From: Candidatus Obscuribacteraceae bacterium
Lineage (GTDB): Bacteria; Cyanobacteriota; Vampirovibrionia; Obscuribacterales; Obscuribacteraceae
Direction: 5' to 3'
Assembly (NCBI GenBank): GCA_044229845.1
Contig: JBGASG010000010.1
Location: 125,462 to 189,461, forward strand
DNA length: 64,000 bases
Positions within the stretch are counted from its first letter, which is position 1, and each line of letters begins with the position of its first letter. The position numbers and the translations under genes are program-made. Of the stretch, positions 1-9,046 are shown one piece after another. Under the pieces are notes generated by a model that was not told the DNA's origin, did no database searches, and saw only the letters and a list, made by a program, of their open reading frames with translations.

Positions 1-1
1 T

Positions 2-493
2 GCTGTCGTCGGTCAATTGCCCGATCAAACTGAGCACCGCCGATAGTTTGGCTTTGTTTTCGGCGATCAAAAGCGGAATATGATCCGCCTGCAATCGCTC
101 GAGCAAAATGCCGCGTGCCAGGTCGTTGTCTTCTTTATCAACGATGCCTTGCAGAGCCGGAATAGCAGCCGCTGAATTGCCGCGCGCCAGACTCTCGAGC
201 AGTTGCAGCGATAACTCTTTTTCTTTGAGTTCATGAATCTCGTGAATGGCCACTTCGATCAGATCTTCGTCCACGGCTGCTTCAGCAAAGCGAATCAGCT
301 CAGTGAAATTGCTGGTAGAAACCAGCAGCCGCAGCTGAATTTTGGCCGACTGCTCCTGGCGGAGCTTGGTCATTTCAGCGTTTTCCGGGACGGCATCCGC
401 CGTCTTTTTCAAAAGCTTGTTTCCAGCAGTCTCCAGTACACTCGTCGCCGCAGCGACAAGCCGGGTCACCGGATTATCTATTGATAGTTGCAT
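2..493 (-). CDS. Hypothetical alpha-helical protein, partial (runs off the window start)
   Basis: Own translation from ATG at 493: MQLSIDNPVTRLVAAATSVLETAGNKLLKK...; open to position 1. Not in the ORF track because it has no stop inside the window. Confidence 0.6.
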   Translation of the reverse strand, partial: MQLSIDNPVTRLVAAATSVLETAGNKLLKKTADAVPENAEMTKLRQEQSAKIQLRLLVSTSNFTELIRFAEAAVDEDLIEVAIHEIHELKEKELSLQLLESLARGNSAAAIPALQGIVDKEDNDLARGILLERLQADHIPLLIAENKAKLSAVLSLIGQLTDDS

Positions 494-789
494 ATTGCTA
501 CGCCCATAAGCCCACAGGGAAAGTTGTGGGAAGACCGCCGCTATTTGCTCAAATGTAGTTCAGGGACTGAGATTGCTCTAGGGTAAATGTACGTACTCGG
601 CGAGCCTAGATAATTAAATCTAATCCGGCGACAGACACCGGATTCCGCCAGGGACCTGGCTGGCCCAGCACTGGGCCGAGAGATGCTTTCTTGTCCGCGC
701 ACGGGGCCGGATTCGGAGAATCAGACATCGCAGCGTGCTGATGCGGCCACGTACGGGGCCAGCGAAAAAGAATTCGCTGGGGTCTGCTT

Positions 790-1551
790 CTAGATGCGAC
801 CAGCCATACGGAAGAGGTCGGAGAACGTATCGAAGATCACCGAGAACTTGCCACCGGAGGCGCCTTGCGAGAGGCGGGGCAGGTGCTCGATGGGAATCTC
901 GACTACTCTGAACCCATTGCGGGCGGTGCGGATGCACAGTTCTGCATCGACGAACGGCGTATGCGATTCCAGCTCAATTTTGTTGAGAATCGAGCGGCGG
1001 AACAGCTTGATCGAGTTCACATCTTTGAAGGAACTTCCGTAGCACAGACGCAACATCAGGTTGTAGACGCCCGATTGGAACTTGCGACGCGGCGGGTCAT
1101 TGCGGTGCACCCGCCAGCCGATGACCAGGTCGTGATTGAGCAGACCTTCCGCCATCTTGATCAGTTCTTTCGGCGCAAACTGATAGTCGCCGGGCAGAGA
1201 GAAGACGTATTCCATGCTGCCTGCATAATACAGTTCGCGAATCGTGCGTCCGAAGCCCTGGTTGACCTCGTGGTTGATGACCTTCAGTTTGGGGAATTTT
1301 TCCGCCAATCCGTGCAGGACGTTCAACGTGTTGTCTTTGCTGCCATCGTTGACGACGATGATTTCATAGTCGCCGCAGATTTCTTGCAAGAGACAGTCGG
1401 CATCTTGCACCAGCTTCGGTACCGTCGTCTCGTCGTTATAAGCCGGAATGATCACTGACACCGAAGATAGTGGCAGCACAAATCGGCTTTGCAGGAGAGC
1501 GCCTGTTCTTTGTGTTTGGTTAGGCATGACGTGGTCCGTTCCTTTGTACAT
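790..1551 (-). CDS. Glycosyltransferase family 2 (DPM1/ArnC-like)
   Basis: SVIIPAYND, EIIVVNDGSKDNT, NQGFG motifs; start could be ATG 1527. Confidence 0.9.
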   Translation of the reverse strand: MYKGTDHVMPNQTQRTGALLQSRFVLPLSSVSVIIPAYNDETTVPKLVQDADCLLQEICGDYEIIVVNDGSKDNTLNVLHGLAEKFPKLKVINHEVNQGFGRTIRELYYAGSMEYVFSLPGDYQFAPKELIKMAEGLLNHDLVIGWRVHRNDPPRRKFQSGVYNLMLRLCYGSSFKDVNSIKLFRRSILNKIELESHTPFVDAELCIRTARNGFRVVEIPIEHLPRLSQGASGGKFSVIFDTFSDLFRMAGRI

Positions 1552-1557
1552 CCAGTC

Positions 1558-2724
1558 TTACGGGGTGATGATCGGCTGTTGGGCCGGCTGCGGCACAAAT
1601 ATTCCGGAAGACTTGCGCGCCTTTTGACGCTGCAAAGCTTCACGTACTTCTTTGATTACCGTTTCGACTTCTTCGTCTGTCAGATGCGGATGCATCGGCA
1701 GACTCAAGATGGAATTAGCGGCGCGCTCGGTATGCGGCAGGTCGCCTTCTTTATAGCCGAGGTGTCGATACGCCAGCTGCAGGTGAGCCGGTATCGGGTA
1801 GTGAATGAGGGTTTGCACTCCACGCGCTGCCAGTTGTTTCTGCAGATCGTCGCGGTTTTCTGTGCGAATCACATAAAGGTGGTAGACGTTCGGAGCGCCC
1901 TGCACTTCATATGGTGCCACCACCACATCCATCAAACCTTCTGTGTATTTGTGGGCGATCGAGCGGCGTTTGTGATTCCACTGCGGCAAGAAAGGCAGCT
2001 GGGCGGCGAGAATCGCGGCTTGCATTTCATCGAGACGGCTGTTGATACCAATCTCGTCATGGTGGTAGCGCACGGTCTGTCCGTAATTGCGCAGCTTCAA
2101 GAGCTTCTGGTAGTCCTCTTCGGTCTGGCAGGCAACTGCGCCGCCATCACCGAAAGCGCCCAGGTTTTTGCTCGGGTAGAAGGAGAAAGCGCTGAAACGA
2201 CCGATGGAGCCGGCTTTGCGCATGTTGTAAGTAGCGCCAGTCGCCTGGGCGACGTCTTCAATAACCGGAATGCCATAGCGGTCGGCCAGTTCCATAAGAG
2301 GATCCATGTCCACCATCTGTCCGTAGAGGTGGACAGGCACAATGGCTTTGGTGCGCGACGTGATTTTGGCGGCGACTTTCGACACATCCATCACATAGGT
2401 TTGCGGATTGATGTCGACGAAAACCGGCTCGGCGTAGGCCATCGAGATGGCATTAATAGTAGGTACGGCCGTGTGGGCTACGGTAATCACCTGGTCGCCG
2501 GGATTGACGCCGGCGGCAGCCAGGGCAAGGTAAATCGCTTCGGTGCCGGAGGCGCAGCCGACGGCATAGGGAAGTCCCAGATAGGCGGCGAACTCTTCTT
2601 CGAAACGCTTGAGCTCCGGACCCAAGATGTAATGTCCGCTGTGCAAGACGCGCAGAACGGCGGTATCAATCTCAGCCTTGTAGGCCTGGTAGTGAGCCTT
2701 CAAATCGCCGAATGGTATGTTCAA
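1558..2724 (-). CDS. DegT/DnrJ/EryC1/StrS family PLP-dependent sugar aminotransferase
   Basis: SGTEA, VHLYG, EDVAQA, FSFYPSKNLGAFGDGG, NSRLDEMQAA motifs; likely TTG start at 2724 behind GAGGTG. Confidence 0.95.
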   Translation of the reverse strand: MNIPFGDLKAHYQAYKAEIDTAVLRVLHSGHYILGPELKRFEEEFAAYLGLPYAVGCASGTEAIYLALAAAGVNPGDQVITVAHTAVPTINAISMAYAEPVFVDINPQTYVMDVSKVAAKITSRTKAIVPVHLYGQMVDMDPLMELADRYGIPVIEDVAQATGATYNMRKAGSIGRFSAFSFYPSKNLGAFGDGGAVACQTEEDYQKLLKLRNYGQTVRYHHDEIGINSRLDEMQAAILAAQLPFLPQWNHKRRSIAHKYTEGLMDVVVAPYEVQGAPNVYHLYVIRTENRDDLQKQLAARGVQTLIHYPIPAHLQLAYRHLGYKEGDLPHTERAANSILSLPMHPHLTDEEVETVIKEVREALQRQKARKSSGIFVPQPAQQPIITP

Positions 2725-2942
2725 GCAAAACACCTCATAACGGGGCTCAGCCGCACACGTGGGCTGAAGTACATGACAATACTAGAGTAAGAAGGTATGA
2801 CCTGGAATTAAGCGCGGTTAACTGGTTCGAGCGCCTGTCAGGCGGCATCGTGCTAATATACGACGGACCTCGTTGAAAGCCGCACAGAGTGCGCCTTCAG
2901 ACCAGTTAGATGAGACATTTTTGAGATAAGCGAGAGCTAAGC

Positions 2943-4007
2943 GTGCCAGCTATTACGAAAAAAGATTTTGCCAATAAAACAGTGCTGATCACCGGCGGGA
3001 TGGGTTTTATCGGATCCAACCTGGCGATCAAGCTAGCCGAATTGGGCGCCAAAGTAACAATTCTCGACTCGATGATCCCCGACTACGGCGGCAACGAGTT
3101 TAACGTCGCCCCTATCGCCGATCAGATACGCATCAATTTTTGCGATATCCGAGATGAGTCGGCCGTCAACTATTTAGTGCGTGACAAAGACTACGTATTC
3201 CATCTGGCTGGGCAAGTTTGCCACCTGATGAGTCTCTACAACCCGTTCCCGGATATTGAAATGAATATCACGGGCACCGCAGTCTTGATGGAAGCGCTAC
3301 GCAAATTCAATAAAGAAGCGATTGTCGTCTATACCGGAACCCGCGGGCAGTACGGACCTTCGGTCAGCCTGCCGGTAAACGAAGAAGCCCCGACCAATCC
3401 CAAGGGCATCTACGAAATCTCCAATCTGACCGCTGAAAAAATCATTCGCGTCTACAACGACGTTCACGGCATTCGTTCGGTGCTGCTGCGTTTGAGCAAC
3501 ATTTACGGACCGCGTTCGCAAATGCTGCACTCGCGTTTTGGCGTGTGCAACTGGTTCGTCAGACTGGCAATGGACAACGCCAAACTGCAAGTCTTCGGAG
3601 ACGGCGGCATATTGCGCGATTTCCTGCATGTCGACGATTGCGTCGACGCGATCTTGCGCACCGCAGTTACACCAGCCTGCTACGGCGAAATCTACAACGT
3701 CGGTTCCGACATTCCGGTCAGCTTCCTTGAACTTGTGAAGACCATCATTGAAGTAGGTCAGCAAGGCAGCTGGGAATTCGCAGAATTCACCGCCGAGCGC
3801 AAAGCTCAGGAGCCGGGCGACTTCTATTCGGACATCACCAAGATCTCAAAAGCCACAGACTGGCGTCCGACCATCAGCCTGGCTGACGGCTTGAGAAACA
3901 CCTTCGAATACTATCGCCAGCATCGCGATCATTACTGGAAGGTAGAACCAGCTCAGGCAGCTGCGTCCTCCAAAGAGCCAGCCACTACATCTGGTGCTCG
4001 AAAGTAG
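2943..4007 (+). CDS. NAD-dependent epimerase/dehydratase (extended SDR)
   Basis: LITGGMGFIGS Rossmann motif, LRLSNIYGP, RDFLHVDD; the YxxxK position reads YEISN. Confidence 0.92.
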   Translation: MPAITKKDFANKTVLITGGMGFIGSNLAIKLAELGAKVTILDSMIPDYGGNEFNVAPIADQIRINFCDIRDESAVNYLVRDKDYVFHLAGQVCHLMSLYNPFPDIEMNITGTAVLMEALRKFNKEAIVVYTGTRGQYGPSVSLPVNEEAPTNPKGIYEISNLTAEKIIRVYNDVHGIRSVLLRLSNIYGPRSQMLHSRFGVCNWFVRLAMDNAKLQVFGDGGILRDFLHVDDCVDAILRTAVTPACYGEIYNVGSDIPVSFLELVKTIIEVGQQGSWEFAEFTAERKAQEPGDFYSDITKISKATDWRPTISLADGLRNTFEYYRQHRDHYWKVEPAQAAASSKEPATTSGARK

Positions 4008-4358
4008 ATTCTGAAAGCCGGAAGTCCTTATTTGCCGGCCGGCGTTTGAAACGTTGGATTTTACGCTCGATGGCGTTTTTCGCGTTTTCAATCGCTCGTT
4101 GTTCTGCCGAAAGCGGTACTTCTAGAGATGTATAGGATTCGTATGGATAGTAAATGTTCGTCATGTGCGCCTCTGGCGGACAGACCGTAGGGATTGTGTG
4201 GGCTGCTCGTTTCTATCCGGCTCTGCCAAATTTTTGACAAATCTCGGCGGGAAATACGGGGGCGTGGGAATTTCCCCACTGCGCAAGATTAGACCCGCGC
4301 CTATAGTGAAATTATTCCGTTCCGCACCGCAAGCTTCCTTTGGTTAGGAGAGAAAGCC

Positions 4359-5369
4359 ATGGGTTTTGATGGCGATTTGAAAGCACAACCGCAAGCAGAG
4401 AAAGGCGTTACTCCTTTAATGCTGGCTGACTTCGAAGGCGCGCCGCAAGGCAGGCAGGTAATGGTCCAGGTCGCCGATGCCGGCGATCAAGATGGACAGG
4501 GCCAGCAACCGCAAGGCGGCGGTGGACATGGATTCGGCAGCTGGCTCAAACGCCAGGGCGACAAGATTGGTCACGGCGCCAAGAAACTGGGCGGCGAAAT
4601 CAAAGAACAAGTGCAGAACATCGACCCAGACAAGGTCCAGGATGCTGCCAAGAAAGCAATCAATTCGGATGTCGGCAGAGCTGTAGTCGGTGGTGTCACC
4701 GGACAACAGACCGACGGCGCGGCAGGCGTCATCGGCACCGCCAGCAAGATTCTTTTTCCGCAAGCGCAGATTCTCAATATCGGCGGTCGCGAAATCGGCG
4801 GATTCGCATCTCGCAAGTTCGCTCTAGGGTTGCTGGAAGATCCGGCCAAGATGAGCCTGAAACTCGACGGCAACTTCGATATTCTCGACAACGATAAAAA
4901 CGGTTATATCAAACCCGACGAAGTCGACGGCAAAGCCGGTCTCACCGGGCTTCTCGATGACTCGCGTGGATTGGGTCCGATCCTGCAACGCGGATTCACC
5001 GCTTTCGCAAACCTCGATGGCAAGGATGCCGAGCTTGGTATCAGCCGCGGTGACGTCACAGCTCTCAAGCTGATCACCAACGCCGACCTGAGAAACAAAT
5101 ACATCGACGATCAAGCATCATCCTCGCGCCTCTACTGGGGCGGCGGCGGACTGGTTGCCAGTCTGGCCGGCACCGGTGCAGCCAAGTACTTCGCACCGGC
5201 CATGCTCGAGAAAGTCGGCGGCGCTAGAGTAGGTCTGGCGATTGCGGCCATCACCACGGTCAGCGCTTTCGTCGGCGGCATGTGGAAGAAACACAGCCTC
5301 AGCTCAGACTTCGCGCAAAAAGAAGAACAACTGAAATCCACATTCGAATCAATTAAAGCCGCCCTCTAA
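4359..5369 (+). CDS. Hypothetical protein with EF-hand-like loop and two C-terminal hydrophobic helices
   Basis: AGGAG RBS; DNDKNGYIKPDE EF-hand-like loop; Gly/Gln-rich N-terminus; Gly/Ala-rich hydrophobic C-terminal segments. Confidence 0.7.
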   Translation: MGFDGDLKAQPQAEKGVTPLMLADFEGAPQGRQVMVQVADAGDQDGQGQQPQGGGGHGFGSWLKRQGDKIGHGAKKLGGEIKEQVQNIDPDKVQDAAKKAINSDVGRAVVGGVTGQQTDGAAGVIGTASKILFPQAQILNIGGREIGGFASRKFALGLLEDPAKMSLKLDGNFDILDNDKNGYIKPDEVDGKAGLTGLLDDSRGLGPILQRGFTAFANLDGKDAELGISRGDVTALKLITNADLRNKYIDDQASSSRLYWGGGGLVASLAGTGAAKYFAPAMLEKVGGARVGLAIAAITTVSAFVGGMWKKHSLSSDFAQKEEQLKSTFESIKAAL

Positions 5370-5457
5370 TTCCCGGCAAGTTGCAGCTTTTAGCGTATTC
5401 TACTTATCGTACGGGCACGCCCTGATTCAGCGTGATTCGGGGAGCCCTGCCGGGAGA

Positions 5458-6963
5458 ATGCGCATGACATCTGAAGCAGCGGTGGAAGAACACAAGCAGG
5501 GGCATTTCAAAAAGTCTCTCGGTCTTGTCGATGCTGTGGCGGTCGTCGTCGGCTCCATGATCGGCTCAGGCATATTCATCGTTTCGGCAGAGACCGCACG
5601 TAATGTCGGCGCACCGGGTTTGGTGCTTCTCTGCTGGTTGCTGGCCGGACTGCTCACCATAGCTGGTGCCCTCTGTTATAGCGAGTTAGCCGGCATGTTT
5701 CCCAAAGCGGGCGGGCAGTACGTCTTCCTGCGCGAGGCTTACGGACCGCTGGCCGCGTTTCTATACGGCTGGACGCTGTTCGCCGTCATTCAGTGCGGCA
5801 CCATCGCCGCAGTCGCCGTCGCATTTGCAAAATTTCTAGGTTTCTTCATACCGCAATTCGTCTCCAACAACAATGTGCTGCTGGCGTATGCGCCCTGGGA
5901 CTGGAAGTTGACCACCCTGCAGGCGGTGGCAGTAGTGCTGATTGCCGGACTGACGGCTCTCAACTGCCGCGGCATCGAAGCCGCCAAGTTTATTCAGACC
6001 AGCTTCACGGTCACCAAAGTCTGTGCGCTGGCGGGTCTGATTGTTTTGGGATTGCTGGCATTCGACAAGCATTTCGGGATGCAAGTCAACTTCGACATGA
6101 GCACTTTCTTTGCTGCGCATGACGCCACCGGCACCCCGATTATCGGACTGAAACTGGCTACCGTACTAGGTCTGGCTATGGTCGGCGCACTCTTCTCGTG
6201 CGACGCGTGGAACAACATCACCTTTGCCGGCGAGGAAGTGAAGGACGCCGAAAAGATACTGCCAAAGAGCCTGGCTCTCGGTACCGGGCTGGTGATCATG
6301 ATTTATCTGCTGGCAAATATCGCCTACATGCTTTTGCTGCCCGTGCATGGCACCGAGAACGCCACCGAAGTCGTTGCGCGCGGCATCTCGCATGCAGCAG
6401 AAGACCGCGTGGGAACAGCCGCAGCCCAAATTCTCTTTGGCGATGCCGGCGGTGGCATTATGGCTGCCGCGATCATGATCTCGACCTTCGGTTGCGTCAA
6501 CGGTCTGATTCTGGCTGGTGCCCGGGTGTATTACGCGATGGCGAAGGACGGGCTGTTCTTCAAACGCGCCGGCGAACTGCACCCGAAGACCAACGTTCCG
6601 GTCTGGGGACTGATTATTCAGGGTATCTGGTCCGCCGCGCTCGCCACGTCCGGGACCTACAGCAAGCTTCTCGACTACGTTGTCTTCGCAGCTCTGCTGT
6701 TTTATGTGGTGACCGTGTTTGCGGTGTTCGTCCTCCGGAAAAATCGCCCGGACGTGCCCAGACCGTACAAAGTTATCGCCTATCCGTTACTGCCCGCCCT
6801 CTACTGCGTCTTCGCCCTGATCGTGATGGGCGGACTGCTGTTTGAAGAGTCCTCACGTGAATTCAGCTTGCGCGGGCTGGCTCTGATTGCCTCCGGCTTG
6901 CCGATTTACTTTCTTGCCAAGAAGTTCTTCAAGCCCGGAAACACGCCGCCACAGCCGAATTGA
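5458..6963 (+). CDS. APC family amino acid permease
   Basis: GSMIGSGIF, YSELAGMFPKAGGQYVFLREAYG, ARVYYAMAKDG; about 12 TM segments. Confidence 0.95.
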   Translation: MRMTSEAAVEEHKQGHFKKSLGLVDAVAVVVGSMIGSGIFIVSAETARNVGAPGLVLLCWLLAGLLTIAGALCYSELAGMFPKAGGQYVFLREAYGPLAAFLYGWTLFAVIQCGTIAAVAVAFAKFLGFFIPQFVSNNNVLLAYAPWDWKLTTLQAVAVVLIAGLTALNCRGIEAAKFIQTSFTVTKVCALAGLIVLGLLAFDKHFGMQVNFDMSTFFAAHDATGTPIIGLKLATVLGLAMVGALFSCDAWNNITFAGEEVKDAEKILPKSLALGTGLVIMIYLLANIAYMLLLPVHGTENATEVVARGISHAAEDRVGTAAAQILFGDAGGGIMAAAIMISTFGCVNGLILAGARVYYAMAKDGLFFKRAGELHPKTNVPVWGLIIQGIWSAALATSGTYSKLLDYVVFAALLFYVVTVFAVFVLRKNRPDVPRPYKVIAYPLLPALYCVFALIVMGGLLFEESSREFSLRGLALIASGLPIYFLAKKFFKPGNTPPQPN

Positions 6964-7098
6964 TGCTAAATTCGCTTGACATCACCAGCCCTCCTGGTTA
7001 AGCTGATGGCTGTACGATTACTATCCCCACCGTAGCGGTATAGATTCTTCAGGGCTCAAGCCCTGGGATGCGTTCTCGCACATGGCACTGGGTGCACC

Positions 7099-9042
7099 AT
7101 GGCCGAAGAATTCTCGAACGAACACAGACCTCGCCCGGTCCCACCGGCAGCGGCGGGAGCCAGCGCGCCCGTGCGCCCCTACGACGAAAACGTCATCATC
7201 GGGTCTAAAGTTGGCGACAAGTACGAGATTTTGGAAGTCGTCGGTCGCGGCAGCATGGGCATTGTCTACAAGGCCCGCCACGAGCTGATCGGCAAAATCG
7301 TCGCCGTGAAGATGTTGCGCTGGCAGCTGCTTTCCGATCAGCGCAGCAAGAAACGCTTCGAGCGCGAAGCCATCGCCAGCAGCCGCCTGGAACACCCAAA
7401 TATCATCGCTATCTACGATTTCGGGCTGACGCCCAGCAATCAGCCGTACATCGTCATGGACTTCGTGCAAGGCACCACGTTGCTGCACGTGCTGCGCAAA
7501 GAGCGCTCCATGGCGCCTGAACGAGCGGTGCGCGTTTTTTCTCAGGTGGCGGACGCCTTGCATCACGCCCACACTCGCGGCGTCATTCACCGCGACCTCA
7601 AGCCCGCTAACGTCATGCTGCTCGAGAAAAACGGACAAAGCGACTTCGTCAAAGTCGTCGATCTGGGCATCGCTAAAATCGCCTTCGGTGAAGATGCCGA
7701 ACCGGAAGCGCTCACCAAAACCAACGAAGTGTGCGGCAGCCCGCTGTACCTCAGTCCCGAGCAGTGCAAGCAACAACCGATGGATCCCCGGTCTGACATG
7801 TATTCGCTGGGCATCGTCATGTACGAGCTCCTGACGGGCGTGCCCGCTCTGCAAGGCTCAACCGTCTACGACACGCTCTATATGCACGTGCACAACAAAC
7901 CCAAGAGCTTCGCTGAAGTACGCCCCGACCTGAATATTCCCAAGAAGCTGGAAGAGATCGTTTTTCGCACCCTGGAGAAGGACCCCGGCGACCGCTTTCC
8001 GACCATGCAGGATCTGAAGCGCGAACTGGACACCATCTTTGGCTACCGCCATTCGGCGGAACATGCCATTCACGTGATTCCGCCCGAAGCGATGCTGTCC
8101 GCCGAGATGGTGCGCAAATTGAAGATTGCCGAGGGCGAACCGACGCCCTACATGCCGATCGAAGCGCTCAAGAAAGACTCCAGCGGGCGTATTCTTCCGC
8201 CAGAGACGCCCCGCCCATCCGCGCACGCTGAGACTATGGCCGAAACAGAAGCGCTCACACCTGATACTGCTCAGCGTGCCATGGAAGCCGCGGTACAGTC
8301 ATCTCGCCCAGCAGCACCGGCGGAAAATAAACGCAGCACGAGCAGCAACCACAGTGGCAAGAAACGAAACCGATCGAAGTCCGGCAGCCAATCGGTGGTG
8401 CCGCCGGTCAGCACCGGCCCTGATACCAAAACCATCATCCTCTCCGTAGTCAGCGCCGTCATCGCTACCGCGCTCACCATCGGCGTGATGCTCTACCTCA
8501 ATAAACCGCAACCCCAAGCGCAACAACCAAATCAGCCGGTCGCCACCGGCAATTCTCCGACTACCGATGAGGCCGCCGGCAGCAGCAGACCCGGACCCAA
8601 CGGCAAGTTGCGCATGAAACTTCCCGACGCAAACAAAACGCCGGAGACAGAGCCCGCAGAAACGCCGCCGGCGGTCACAGCCACACCGCCCGCGGTTACA
8701 ACCACGCCGGTGCGCAGCCCCGCCTCCAGCACGCCTCCCAAGACCGCAGAACCGCCGACCGCCCCCGTTAACTTAGCTACGCCGACGCCTCCAGAACCAG
8801 CGCCACCGATTACCAAACCGGCAGCAATCAGCAACTCTGAGGCCGGCAACCCGCCGCCGGCGGGCGGGCAAGACGTGCAGCTACCGTTGCCGGGGTCCAA
8901 GCCCGAGCGCAAAATCAGTAAAACAAAAACGACGCCATCACAGACGGTGACAGCATCGCCCAGCAAACCAAAACCAGCCGCTTCAGGCGGCTCCGGCGAA
9001 TCGGGTGACGCCTTCTTCGGCATCTTCCAGCAAGGCAAGTAG
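7099..9042 (+). CDS. Hanks-type Ser/Thr protein kinase with TM helix and Pro/Thr-rich C-terminal tail
   Basis: GRGSMG, VAVK, HRDLKPAN, DLG, GSPLYLSPEQ; TM IILSVVSAVIATALTIGVMLYL. Confidence 0.95.
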   Translation: MAEEFSNEHRPRPVPPAAAGASAPVRPYDENVIIGSKVGDKYEILEVVGRGSMGIVYKARHELIGKIVAVKMLRWQLLSDQRSKKRFEREAIASSRLEHPNIIAIYDFGLTPSNQPYIVMDFVQGTTLLHVLRKERSMAPERAVRVFSQVADALHHAHTRGVIHRDLKPANVMLLEKNGQSDFVKVVDLGIAKIAFGEDAEPEALTKTNEVCGSPLYLSPEQCKQQPMDPRSDMYSLGIVMYELLTGVPALQGSTVYDTLYMHVHNKPKSFAEVRPDLNIPKKLEEIVFRTLEKDPGDRFPTMQDLKRELDTIFGYRHSAEHAIHVIPPEAMLSAEMVRKLKIAEGEPTPYMPIEALKKDSSGRILPPETPRPSAHAETMAETEALTPDTAQRAMEAAVQSSRPAAPAENKRSTSSNHSGKKRNRSKSGSQSVVPPVSTGPDTKTIILSVVSAVIATALTIGVMLYLNKPQPQAQQPNQPVATGNSPTTDEAAGSSRPGPNGKLRMKLPDANKTPETEPAETPPAVTATPPAVTTTPVRSPASSTPPKTAEPPTAPVNLATPTPPEPAPPITKPAAISNSEAGNPPPAGGQDVQLPLPGSKPERKISKTKTTPSQTVTASPSKPKPAASGGSGESGDAFFGIFQQGK

Positions 9043-9046
9043 GAAC

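Noticed and set aside
1489..2790. Long antisense ORFs (also 34080..35294, 49362..50543, 58051..59154, 13571..14476)
   Set aside because: Shadows opposite well-supported genes in GC-rich DNA, with no motifs.
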